Shown here: piece after piece, positions 23,301 through 34,576 of the stretch
How the letters are laid out: every line of letters begins with the position of its first letter
Position numbering within the stretch: position 1 is the first letter of the stretch
Assembly: GCA_002633005.1 (NCBI GenBank)
Contig: NMRA01000397.1
Coordinates: 29,722 to 93,721, forward strand
Length of the DNA stretch: 64,000 nt
Direction of reading: 5' to 3'
Origin: Phoronis australis
Lineage: Eukaryota; Animalia; Phoronida
The notes under the pieces: model-generated
Database searches by the model: none
Seen by the model: only the letters and a program-made list of their open reading frames with translations
What the model was told of the DNA's origin: nothing
Program-made: the position numbers and the translations under genes

Positions 23301-24613
23301 AAGAGAAGTTACGCCCTCTATTGCCAAAGCCAACAGTAATCAAAAGGCTGACTTCATCATCCATGAACAAACAGAAGCCAGTTGCTTGTTCCAGAACAGA
23401 TGTTTTGCCATTGTTCAAAGTTGATAGGCCACAGAGCAACGTCCTTCAAAAGGACAGCAATTCAAATATGTCAGTTGGTTTGCAGGTCGGTGCTCCAAGA
23501 CTTCAGACCAAAGTGGGGACGGCAACACAAACTTCCGGTGAATACGTTTTGAAGACAGCAATGCAATCTGCCTCTATTCCTGTATGCCACTCCCATAAAG
23601 GCTCTCAAGTCTCCCCGCGAGCCAAAACGAAGAAAGCCTGCAAGCGCTATCAGTCATCTGATGGTAGATGTCAAAGTTCAAAAAGAAAACACCAGTTGAC
23701 ACAAATTGATACTGTGCATAGTAGCAAGATCAAGATTCCCAGATCATCAACAAGTACAGATACCTCCACTATAAACCTGTACTCAGACTGCGCAGATTTG
23801 GACCTGCTGTCAAGTACAGACATACAAACACAGACAATGAGCCTGATGCAGGATTTGGAGGATTGTTTAGCCAGCACTATATCCACACAGACATTTGACA
23901 GTTTCTTACTGGAGAGAAACCAAACAATACAGCAGACTGCAGAGACACAAACTGCTCTCCGCCATGTTGCCAACAGCTTCATTCAAACTGATCTTCCTTT
24001 TGGCAGTGAAGAATTTGTGTCATCTTCTCCAAGCTTGAATGCCTTTCAGGACGACATCTCCTTAAATCACACTACTGAGACAAGCTTCTCTCTCTCTATG
24101 TCACCTATAGAGCCCAATAGCCGTGAGAACTGTTCTGACCTGGTGGAGATACTGCAGTCCATGGGTACACAGACCATTGACTTTGACTCTGACAACTTCC
24201 TCCATAATCCCAGTGCATCCGTTTCACTCACCAATACCGAGACTCAAACTGTTGATCTACTGGAGCAGTTTCTACGAAACATGGAAACGCAAACGCCAAT
24301 AACTGACTTTGCATTCTTTAATGCCTGTAGCAATTCAATGGGACATGACACCTGTACTGGCACACGGGAGTTTGCCTCCACTAGTACCCAGGCATATGGT
24401 ACTTCAGCGTATGACCCAGTCGCTCTCATGGATCTGGATGCTACCAGTGCCTCCACTCAGACTGTACTGAGAATGCCAGTTCATCCAAATACACAGGCCA
24501 CCAATACAGAGACGCAGACTATACTAGATGACTTTAATGACATGCTTGTTAACACATTCAGCACTTGGACGCAGACATTGGAAAACAATGCTGACACAGA
24601 GACTCAGACTTAG
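17164..24613 (+). CDS. ATMIN: ATM interactor / ASCIZ zinc-finger transcription factor (~643 aa)
   Basis: Exons 17164-17358, 19408-19730 and 23200-24613 join in frame (1932 nt). Four N-terminal zinc fingers with ATMIN spacing (third is C2HC), an LLPKP motif, and a tail with 11 TQT motifs. The ATG is preceded by an acceptor at 17155, so an upstream exon exists. Confidence 0.92.
19408..19730 (+). CDS. ATMIN: ATMIN exon 2 (ZF2-4)
   Basis: FHCPEEDC...LLRQHYLIKH, TCDKC...HLPTC, ACGSC...HCHRARH; phase 0-2. Confidence 0.92.
19897..21966 (-). mobile_element. Full-length HINE-like element in ATMIN intron
   Basis: 5' end acaagaacaacacggagcattaaaATGCGCCCACA (21966-21932); 3' 13-bp stem-loop atgcacccacata-tttc-tatgtgggtacat (19902-19931); internal degenerate tandem units. 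Confidence 0.72.
20471..20963. mobile_element. hAT-like MITE nested in the HINE
   Basis: 13-bp perfect TIR cagggcttggaat...attccaagccctg; CpG-rich interior; degenerate flanking duplication. Confidence 0.7.
23200..24613 (+). CDS. ATMIN: ATMIN last exon (TQT-repeat tail)
   Basis: catag acceptor, long ORF ending ADTETQT-TAG. Confidence 0.93.
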
Positions 24614-26483
24614 TACTTTTACTAGATTATCCGTGATTGGCAAAATTTTTTCCCTTGATGCAGTGTATATCTGGTCCTTTGTCTTGCATACAGTGAATAA
24701 TGCGCTTACAAGGAAGTCGCGCATTTCTAAAGATGTGCGTGACTTTTCACCGCTTGTCCTTGTGAGCGGCTTTTACCAGGATCAAAGAGTGTGGTCTCTG
24801 TGTCGGATACAGATGTGATGACCGCCTTGTCCGGTGCGAGCAAGACCTAATTAAGTGTAATTACCTGACCATAAACTGTGGTAAAGATCTCTGCCTGTAC
24901 AAAGGGGCACATTTTCAAAATGCATTAACCAATAATTTTCTTTAAAAATGAAGGCCACGGCGACATTCAGCTGGAAAGACCGACCCCGTGTGGTTTTCGA
25001 TTTTTAAAAATCGATGGACTTATAAGCTAAAAACAACAAACATTGAGTAGGATTGAAGATAAATGACTATTTGTACTCAGTGGATTTACAAATGCTGATC
25101 AGAGTTAACAATATTGTATGGATTATTTTTTTAATGTAATGTTCTTTCAATCTCGTTTAACCAGATTTTTGACTAGGAAACAGTTGTCCTTAACTTGTGC
25201 CCACTCTTCATTTTTTGTGACTGACAAGCTAGAATAGTTAGTAGTCTATGCAACCGAAATTGTCCAGAGAGTCCAAATGTTCAGTTTGGCCATCACCATA
25301 TTTGCACTTTCGCATGTATTTATGATTTGAGTTCTAATAAAGATAAAACTTGAACTAATGTCTGTGTAACTCTAATCTAGAGAGTTGAGGGATGGGTTCA
25401 CAATTAACTATACAAATTAAGTTTTGCTGGCAATCAAAATTAACCACTGTTTTGGAGCTTCAAGTGTAATAATAAACTATAAAGATATCAACACCTTCCC
25501 AGTAAGAAAAAAACAAGTAGATAGGAGTATTAAAATGAAATAACAAAAACCGGTATGAAACAATATTTGAAACCATTCCTTTTGAAAGTGTTTTATTTGA
25601 AGAGAAACACAAATTAACTTTTTAGGCATTTTGTAATATTTAAAATGTACCAAGTTAAAATTGCTCTCCGCAGACTGTAACTCTGTGCAAATGCCAGAGA
25701 AAACCAATTTGGGTCGAATAACAACCATCATTGTTGAGACAGTAGTGTTAGCTATTACCTTTCCACTTCATTAATTAGCTCAGATCTACTTCAATACAAA
25801 GGGCGAGCTGAATAGGCATCATAGAAGTTGTCTGGGACTAAGGGAATCTGACCGGTGACCACTGTAAGTGAGAAATTCTCCACATGGAATCTAGCAGATA
25901 GGTTTTAGAAATGATGTTACTACATCTCTACGACTATAAACGGGTACAATACATATGATACAAACATTAATTAAGAAAATACCTGTAAAATACAAAAAAT
26001 AACATTTTTATGCACTCACATAATTATATCTGGGCGCATTATGCCATCATCTCTGTCAGTCCAGCATCCGCTGCTCTATCTCCAAAGCCTTTGATATATG
26101 TTTAAGAAATTTTGCACAAATATTCCTTTCGTGGATAAGATGGCTTAAGCAAACTTTCAGACGGATCTGACTATCGGTGTGCCCCCTAGTGGTAATTTTT
26201 ATGTTGTATCTTGAAAGGTCCTCAATGGATTTTCGTAAAATTTGGCGAATAGGTATCTATTAGTGAGGTGATGCTACCCTCTTGGATATATTCAAGGTAT
26301 TTTGCACCACCTAACGATAGTACCTTCTTGCAACCTTTACTACAAAGTTATCCAAGGGCAAGACCTGCTGCTGAAAGTTAATAAACGACGCATTTATTTG
26401 GGTACAGAGCACGGTCGCTGGGAATCGCTTAGAAGTGAAGTAATGGTCAATAATTCTGAGCTGGCCAAACGATAGCTTGATGC

Positions 26484-26538
26484 TAGCCTCCCAGCTAGCT
26501 ATATGAAGACTATAGTATACAGCTTTGTACCAAGGCTA
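26484..26538. repeat. 55-bp TAG...CTA mini-insertion with 9-bp TSD
   Basis: gcttgatgc|tagcct...aggcta|ggttgatgc. Confidence 0.6.
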
Positions 26539-27070
26539 GGTTGATGCGTAAGTATTTGTTAGGTCCTGCTTTGTATACTTTGGTAGTTATCGGGACATTG
26601 CACGGTCCCAGCACTTTAAAATCACCTCGATCCAATAAAGTAGTACTTGGTCCGAGAATTCACTGAGAAAGTGAAGAGTGTGAAACTTAAATGCAGACAT
26701 AAATTCACCGAGTTGCCTTGTCTGTTGACATTAGGTAAGCCTATATTAAGATTACACCTACTAATTGCCATATATTGACGACTCGCGTAGTTGTTTTCAA
26801 TTGATAATTCATAAAACACTAAGAGAAATTACAAAGCAGTATCACTTTGAGATAGTACCACTGTCTCAACTGACCGCAGTAGAGACGGCAGTAGTCCAAT
26901 AGGCCCTCCATATGCTGGAAGCTTTTTGGCGAATTGTGCCACATTGATTAAACCATCAAAGTCATATTGCTGCAACTAACATTTGCAGATAGGGGGAACC
27001 TTAGGAGAACGTTAATGTCTTAAACTCTTCCCAGCTGTAGCGTTTTGAAATCACATCGAGGTCGACCTCC

Positions 27071-27770
27071 ATGACAGCAAACCAATCACTAAAGCACTAC
27101 ACAGGTGATCACCAGAGTTTCCTAGTGCTCGAAACCAGGGTTGTACCCCTCATACCTGCGCAAAATGATATTGTAGATGAACAAAGAAACATATCGGAAA
27201 GAAATCTTGATTACCAAGAAAGTACTTGTTCAAGTTGGAAGGAATTAAAGACATCGACAGCCTCCTACTTAAGGCAGCATGCCTTTGATGGTTTAGTGTG
27301 TGCGAGGTATGAGTTGCCGAAAGGCTTCTTGCTGCCCCTAGAAGACCATCTGTGCCACCAGTTATGGCCCAGTTCAGACAACAATTCTGCTTTAGTGGCA
27401 AGTCGTGCATTTTGCTAGATTTAGCACTTACAACTTAGTTACAAACTCATGTCTCATGGGTTTGTAGCCTTGTTTACCTTCTTGTACCTTATTTGCAAAC
27501 CTATATTTATTGACATAAAGTGGTATTATAATCTGAGAGATCAAGAGGCCTACCTTCTTGAGAGATATTATGCAACATCTGGAAGAAAATCCACTGCCAA
27601 AACCCCATTACCAGTAATCAAAATTTTGCTGCCCTACACAGGTTTACGAAGTAAAAGCACAAATGTTTTGTTGATCGATTTTCAAAATTTAAAACTACAT
27701 CAATTGAGGATAATTTTTGGTTACAAATTCCAATTTGCAACAACAAATTAAGTAATGAATTGCACGCGCA
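27071..27770 (+). mobile_element. Highly decayed Penelope-like fragment
   Basis: KHYTG..SF, TCSSWKEL, IKILLPYTGLRS blocks resemble the Penelope RT-thumb/linker seen at 10865-11182. Confidence 0.5.
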
Positions 27771-29189
27771 ATCTTTGTGAAGGTGATTCATGTAGTTTGG
27801 TTATTATCGTGGCGAATTGTACCACCTGTATGCTTTGACATCTGTACCTGTAGTTAATAACTCCGTTATTGTAATTTCATTTTTGCACTGTAGGTATGAA
27901 GTGGCACAAAGTGAAAGACTGGCAACAATGTCTAGAGAAGTGTCCACAGAGTCTGAACCTGAAGCTGTATCTGCAACACCTGCAACGCCCCAGTTTGTTC
28001 AATGGTATTCTAGAAATTATTTTTTCATTGAATTGTGTTATTTACTTATATCTTCATCTACTATACTTGTGGCTATGACAATACATGACAAGGAATGGAA
28101 ATTTTGCGTTAGTTGAAAACTTCAAGTCAATTTTTATGAGGGTTACTAATTTAAATCAAATCATTCCAGTTTGCCATTGTTTGAAATATTAATGAACTTG
28201 CACTGATTAAGTCTTAACTGGCTTGGACTATGGACTGAATGATTGTATTTTCATCAAGATTTTGCTTCCCTAACTTTGCTCTTCATTGATTTTGAATTTA
28301 TTCTACCTTATTAACACTTGAATTATTGTGCAAATATTGTAACTTGTTTTACTGAACTGACTCTGAACTTACTCACTAAGTATTGTCCTTAAAACACTTC
28401 AAACGTAACCAAATTTTGTTTGATGTTATCTTTACAGATATGACTGTGCTACTGCTGTTGAGAAGCCTGGTACCTCAAAACTGGTCTCATCAACACCAAC
28501 TGGTTTACATCCATTGACATTACTTAGGTGTGAAACTGTTATTCAAAATGAATACTTGTACTCTACGTTACTGAATTATTTACTGACAGTGCTTTAGGAG
28601 CATGAGATGTCAAGACATAAAATTTAAAAGCCATCGGCTCATTTGACCATGTCTCTGACAATTATGAGCTTCTAAACTGCACCGATTGAAATATACCTGT
28701 TAAACGGGAACAAGGCAATCAAACATGCAAACTTTGATTCATATGTGCTGACCATTGTAACATTCGTAATAACAGTTTAATCGTAAATACAAACCACATA
28801 AAATGTATGAAATCCATGCATGTAAACCAAAGAAACAGATAAAACAAAAACCAGGGGTATGAACTAATATGACTTAATTAATATGTAAACTTTTTTAGTG
28901 ATAGTGGTCATCACTCGTTTTCCCAAGGAGCCCAGCACTAAGCTAAATGGCAACATAAAATGTATCTTTACAAGAACTATGTTCTTACATGTTATTTGTA
29001 TGTCTGATTTTTGTTCGTACCCTTGATTTGTTAGTTCGTGTGCATGACTTTTTGTTTGTACACGTCATGTTGTGGTTTGTTTGTAGGAATAAAGTGTTCT
29101 TCCTAATGATGCAGCGTTTTGTGCGTATGACTTGTATGTATGACTGCCTGGTACCCTTCTGTAATTGCTGACAAATGTTGAACTCGAGG

Positions 29190-29900
29190 TAAGTCTCTTT
29201 ATCTTACCTTACTTGTAAACATGGTGGTATCTGCTACCCAGCGTCGTCGTCAGCTAGGAGTCCATCTTCGTCGTGGGTTTCGACCTTGACCTAGAACCTT
29301 CTCCGATGGTATGTCTCTGAAGGCTGATCAGGCCTCCAGCCGATGCTGGGTTTGCCATTTGTTTTCTCGTTGTAACCACAGCCACACGGTTGCTTCCTCT
29401 GCTGCTCTTACAGTAGACTTGAACATATTAGCTCGCCCTCTTGATGAAATACCCAGTAGCTTCATGTTGCCTGTAATAAACCCTCGACATCCAACTTCTA
29501 TGGGAAGACAGAAGCATTTCCAACCATTGGATGCACATTCCTGTGATAGCTCTACATACTTGAGTAGTTTCCTCTCGTGAGCCTCCTGCACCCTAGTCTC
29601 CCACGGCACAGTTAACTCGATCAAGATCACTATCTTCTTGCTGTCTGGCCTTAACTGGGTTACTGCAATATGGCTCGGGAATGAACCCCTAGTAACCACA
29701 TCCGTCACTATCTTCCAGTCAGCAGCCATGCCTAGAATGCCCCGAAACCATTCCCAATCCCTGTCTTCCATGGCAGGCAGTTCCCACAATGTCTTTATGT
29801 CATAACGTGTTCTCTGCCTCCTCCACTGCTACAGCAGCCTTCCACTTTCTGCCGATAATTCACTCTCTCTGATCATCTCATCTCTCGAGTTCCTCAGAGT
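29190..29900 (-). mobile_element. 3' end of HERO/NeSL-like non-LTR retrotransposon (restriction-like endonuclease)
   Basis: LRPD...IELTVPWE...HERK..KY.EL..EC...GW...PIEVGCRGF...AEEATVWLW (ORF 29328-29789) followed by 3' UTR. Confidence 0.85.
29243..29299 (-). ncRNA. Candidate rearranged (non-circularly permuted) hammerhead ribozyme
   Basis: GGUU^CUAGG-ucaag-GUC-GAAA-CC...CCUAG-CUGACGA-c-GAC: all core nucleotides plus stems I (CUAGG/CCUAG), II (GAC/GUC) and III (GGU/ACC). Confidence 0.62.
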
Positions 29901-30051
29901 CAGTAATGTTCAACTTAAATGTGATTATGGCAATGGTGTATTTTTAGTGGGCTTGAGCTTTCTGGAATCTATGCAAGTGATTCTGCCTGTGACGACGAAG
30001 CTTTGAGGTATGTATCCAGGCCATTCGTTACAAGGTGATTTGAAAGTACTG

Positions 30052-30274
30052 GGGCCTGTTCCAAGAAGCTGACAAGTTCATTGTTTGACTTAAGTTTAAG
30101 ACTTGTCTTAACTTGCAAACTTTGGAACTTCCAATTTTGGTAAGTTAAGACAAAACTTATGTCAAACTTAAAATCGCTTTCTTGAATTGGTTTTGAGACA
30201 AATTTAACTTTATTTTAAAATTTTCTTAAATTTGAAATTTGTCTTAGCTAACTCAGTTCTGTATGAACGGGCCC
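30052..30274. mobile_element. PIF/Harbinger-like MITE; related copy at ~46785-46942
   Basis: Termini gggcctgttccaagaa...ttctgtatgaacgggccc; shared 'tttgacttaagt' interior. Confidence 0.6.
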
Positions 30275-31879
30275 TTGATCTTTTAAAAATTGAGAGAATT
30301 AGTCAGTGCTTATGCATTATCTTGACAACAAATTCTTTAGTATTGTAACTGATAATTGAATTGTGAAATATTTTGTGCATGTAATATACATGGTATATTC
30401 CCATAAAAATGAATTTTTCTACATGTCTGTTATGGTCAGGAATGGTGTGCATACGTTTCTCTTCTAAGCATGACTGAATTTTGCATACTCTGTATACATG
30501 CATTGTATATATTTGTGATTTGCAGAAATGTAACTAAAAGTGAATGCATCAAAAAGCAGATGGGCAGCAGTGTGTTTTCTAAGTTCTAAGTATAAAGGCC
30601 ATGTCGTACATGGTTCGGTTTCTATATATTATACCTGAATCGTGGTTAGACGATATGTGCTGAAATCCAATAAATACAGACTGACTAATGCTAAACAATT
30701 TAAGCAAGCGAAGCACTTGAACATTTGAATTTCTATATTACAGGCTAACGATTGATGTTTCTGAGGACATAGCATGCAATGACATGGACAATGACTGTAA
30801 GTGCAACATAACCATTGGGTACACATATAAATTATGAGTTATGCAATTTTTTATAAAAATACATCATTATTGTTCAATGCTGACAATGTTGATGTTTTTT
30901 GTGGAAATATATCTTCTACTGACTATTGGTCTAGTTCGGTGCGTGGACAGCTATGGATCTCGGGTTTGAGGCCCTGACAGGGCAGAAATCCTTTCACAGT
31001 AGTAACCATTAGGTTCCGCAAACTGACTAAAGAAGGCGTCATCAAGCGTTATATGCATAAAACATTTGAATTCTGAAAGAACTGTATTTAACTGTTCTCC
31101 AGTGCACATGTTGCAAGCCATGTTACTTAGTAGTTCAACTGCATTACAGGGGCCAGGTGTTGTTTCCTTTTTTAAATTTTACTGGGCAAGATCATCACGC
31201 TTTCTCTTGTTGCAGTCCAGAAAGTATCCTTGATGATGTGGATATTAGCGATGTCAGATTTGGAGATGAAGAATTTGGTGGAGAAGAAGTTGCAGGAGAT
31301 AGCATCAATAGGTACCGCGATGGAGATTATGATGATGCGTTGTCCACAGGATTCATGATGCAGCTGGTACACACTCAGCTGTGGACAATAGCAAATTCAT
31401 TGTTCTTATGACACCCTCCCTTCCATTTCAAATTTTATCAACGTGTCTTGCAAAGAATGTCAGCGATGTTCGGATTTCCTCTTCTGTTAAAGGCTCAACA
31501 CAGTCTTTCTACCACCTTCTCCGAAAGGTGTCGCACTTGCTCATTTGGTCATTGCATTTATTCTTCTCTGAAAATAATGAGATTTTTCACCAATTACAGA
31601 AAGGAGATATTTATCCCATCTTGTATTCTTATAATTCACTTAGATACAAGCTCATCTCACTATTAGAACAAACTGGAATTGAATTCAATAGTTGATGTCA
31701 CATCTTATTGTGCATCATTAGAGAAATGATAACCACATGAAAATCTGCGTAAAATGTAGTGGCTCCTAATTTCTTCAAGATGTAACATGACTTAGATTGT
31801 AAAGTGTAGGATGTCATATATGTTTACAAATCATAAATGCTTCTTTGAACTAGAGTTTTTGAGTTGCTTTTTCACATGT

Positions 31880-32460
31880 TTAGTGTTCATGATGAAGTAC
31901 CTGTACGTTAGTTTGACGATATGCATAAGCTTGCAGACCACGTTGAGCTGGGGTCACTGAGGCTGGACCTGTAGTAGCTGTAGCGACTGACCTCTCTTTA
32001 CTTCCTCTACCTTGTCTTATACTTACACCTCTCTTTGTTCTCCTGGCTCTCCCATATACCCTATTGAAATAAACAGGCCTTTCAAATTTCACATAAAGTC
32101 TCGAAGGTCATGAAAAGCCATGCCTAACATTGGATGTAATTTCCAAACCAAAATAAATGCTTCAAACAGGATTGGTAATGTGTGAAAATATTCTGTTTGT
32201 GACAGCATTCTATTAGCGAGGTCTCGGCCTCAGTATGTCTAAACTCTTGTCAGGTTCTATCCCATGGATAGGTGGGCGCAGGTTGTCACTGATCTATTTT
32301 AGTAGGTTTTTGGTGCAATGGTAGACTGAACACTGGTTCGAGTTACGTCTGTTTTATGCTCTGCCAGTACAAAGCCTGGACTTGTGAATCACTTTCAGCA
32401 CCTGCTACAATTGTTGGTTCAACACAGTCAAGTTGCTCAAATGGCATAACCTCATATTTC
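31880..32460 (-). pseudogene. Possible decayed KolX-like gene convergent with the transposase relic
   Basis: AQRGLQAYAYRQ resembles the KolX/P2X7-ballast RxYRxxAYRQ motif; upstream IECCH; heavily degraded. Confidence 0.35.
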
Positions 32461-34024
32461 ATGCATTATGTAACTTTGTATCCTTCCATGAGTCCATACA
32501 TCATTGATTTTTTCATTGTAGTGAGAAGTAAGTGAAGGTCAGCTCAATAAAACAAAAGTTGATTGCAAACCACAGATTTGTGCAAATCCCTAAATTGCTA
32601 AGTGCTTGTAGTTATAGTCATTGAAAATGTGTAACATACTTTGAAGAAAAACATGATTATTTAGATCATGATGATGCTCAATAAAATAAAAGGTTTTGAA
32701 TGCTGTTGGGACTGAATGTTCATGTTGATGCCGTGCATTAGCAGTACATCTTTCGCCACTGTGATTGGGTTTCTTTTAGTAAGCCAGTCCTTTCTAGTGG
32801 TTGCAATAGNTATGGCAAATATAAGAGAAGGTAACTTACCTCTAGGTAAACCCTGACTAGGTCTTGCGTATGGCTGAAACCTCGGAAACTGGCGGTCAAC
32901 AGCTGTGCTGGATGACTACACATAATAAATTTATTGAGGACAATATTAGTCAGTATATCTTGATAAAATTTGAAGATTGATGTGATGAGGTAAAACTTTA
33001 CCCATTAAAAAATTGCATAAACACCTCAGAAATTTTGTTGGCAAACGTAACAGCTTATAACTTCTTCAGAAATACAACAGCTGTCAAGTACGCCTGAGGT
33101 ACTTGTGCAATTTTTGGATAGACAAAATGTATTTCAACACTCAAAGTTTAGTTCACCATTCACGTTTAGAAACGTTTGAAGATGCAATTTTGTTTCTCTA
33201 CACTGCTTTTAAATCATTAACACATTAATTTAGCTTAACTCGTTAAAAACTAACATCTTAAAAACTGCAAAACGACATTTAGAAGAAATGGAAAAGAAAG
33301 ATGATATTACACGTGTTTTCCCTTGGTTCTGAAGATATTTGTTTTGGACCTATTTTATTAAACGGGTACAATAGCCTTCACGTGTTCTTTTTTGAAAAGT
33401 ACTCAATTTCAGTTTCCATGCAGTGAAATTGGGACACAGTCCCACGAAGAGTCTGGAATATATTGCTTTGCTGCTTTCTTAAAAGTTGAAATAGGAAAAA
33501 ATGACTTGTTTAGACCAGTTGGTTTACTATGATCGTGGAACTTCTCATGTGCACACCCATGAAGTAATCTTCTAATCTGTACTTTATTGCATGTACCATA
33601 ATTCATTGTGGCAAATTCCTCTATTGTGTAATGCAAGCTTTTCAACAACTATGTTGCATGTTGCACTGTCATTGGTTGTGTTATTTGTTTACAGTCTTGA
33701 TACATGTACCTGTAAGTGTAATAAAGTTTGTAACGGAGGGGGAGGTTAAAATTAAAGATCAGTGTTCTAATGCTCTAATCCCCACATTATTTCTGTCCCA
33801 CGCAAAAACTGATAACACGTGAATAAAATCAAAATTTCGTGTCGAATGTTTTTAAGCTTTTTCGTTTGTTATGGCACTAGTAAATTCATATACCTGTTGT
33901 ACTCTGGGTGTTGGTCTAAACAAACGCCGGTGCTCATCCAATACTTGTTGCTGTTGATTTCCATTACCCTGTACCGGAAATTCAAAAGTTTAATCAACTG
34001 ACAATATTACAATCTCGCTAGATT

Positions 34025-34305
34025 AGTAGTAATGATGCTTATTTCAGAGTCGGTGAGGTTTAACAATGAAACATTACGACGAGTACTATAATCCCACAAA
34101 TTAAAAACCTACGAACTTAAACTACAAAAACTTAACCACAAGCTAATTATACAGTACAGATAAAATACAGAACATAAACATAAATATAAAAGTAAGTGTA
34201 TCTGAGTATGTGTTACGGGGTGTGTAGACATCTGTAGCAGTTCTCACAACAGCAGTTCACAGAGAAAAAATAATCAATTAAAGCAATATATTTTCTCATT
34301 GCCGG
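34025..34305 (-). mobile_element. Short 3' tail of the same LINE family as 14870-16140
   Basis: Colinear similarity: agtcggtgag.tttaacaa.gaaac, tgttacgg...tgtagacatctg.agcagtt.tcacaa.agcag. Confidence 0.75.
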
Positions 34306-34462
34306 TTACAATCACGAAAAATTATTCACCATTTTCTATTATTTTTGTACAACTGGAGAGTGGCACTCCGAGCCCGCAACGTATTTTGTCCCTAGTTGAA
34401 GTGCCTTTGTAGGCGGTCTCAACGGCGTGTAAAATTTCTCTCTCCGGCTGAGTGTGAAAATC

Positions 34463-34576
34463 TTTACTTGGTGAGATGCCAGTCTTGTGTCATAAAAATG
34501 TTTACTTGGTGAGATGTCAGTCTTGTGTCATAAAAATGTTTACTTGGTGAGATGCAAGTCCTGTGTCATAAGAATG
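34463..34576 (+). repeat. 38-bp tandem repeat x3
   Basis: tttacttggtgagatg(cc/tc/ca)agtc(t/c)tgtgtcataa(a/g)aatg, contiguous, no spacers. Confidence 0.95.

Larger units (their letters stand above)
27894..31700 (+). pseudogene. Spliced relic gene, probably a Kolobok-type transposase (acidic linker plus start of core)
   Basis: Chain of phase-2 exons 27894-28004, 28438-28527, 29948-30007 and 31216 onward with AG/GT sites; the first junction makes TGA. Downstream frameshifted blocks DNSKFIVL..C..ISSSVKGS and FHQLQK..IYPI...LISLL. Confidence 0.5.

Noticed and set aside
23671-24456. Antisense ORFs within ATMIN last exon
   Set aside because: Shadow frames of a real CDS with no recognisable motifs.
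24815-24868. C/D-box snoRNA (GTGATGA...CTGA)
   Set aside because: Short, weak terminal stem, located in a 3' UTR, no identifiable guide.
31585-31650. IPSC motif suggesting KolX on the plus strand
   Set aside because: The alternative frame fits the transposase-like block better, and the other KolX-like motif is on the minus strand.
34463-34576. 38-bp repeats as a CRISPR array
   Set aside because: Units are contiguous with no spacers, the context is eukaryotic, and there are no cas genes.
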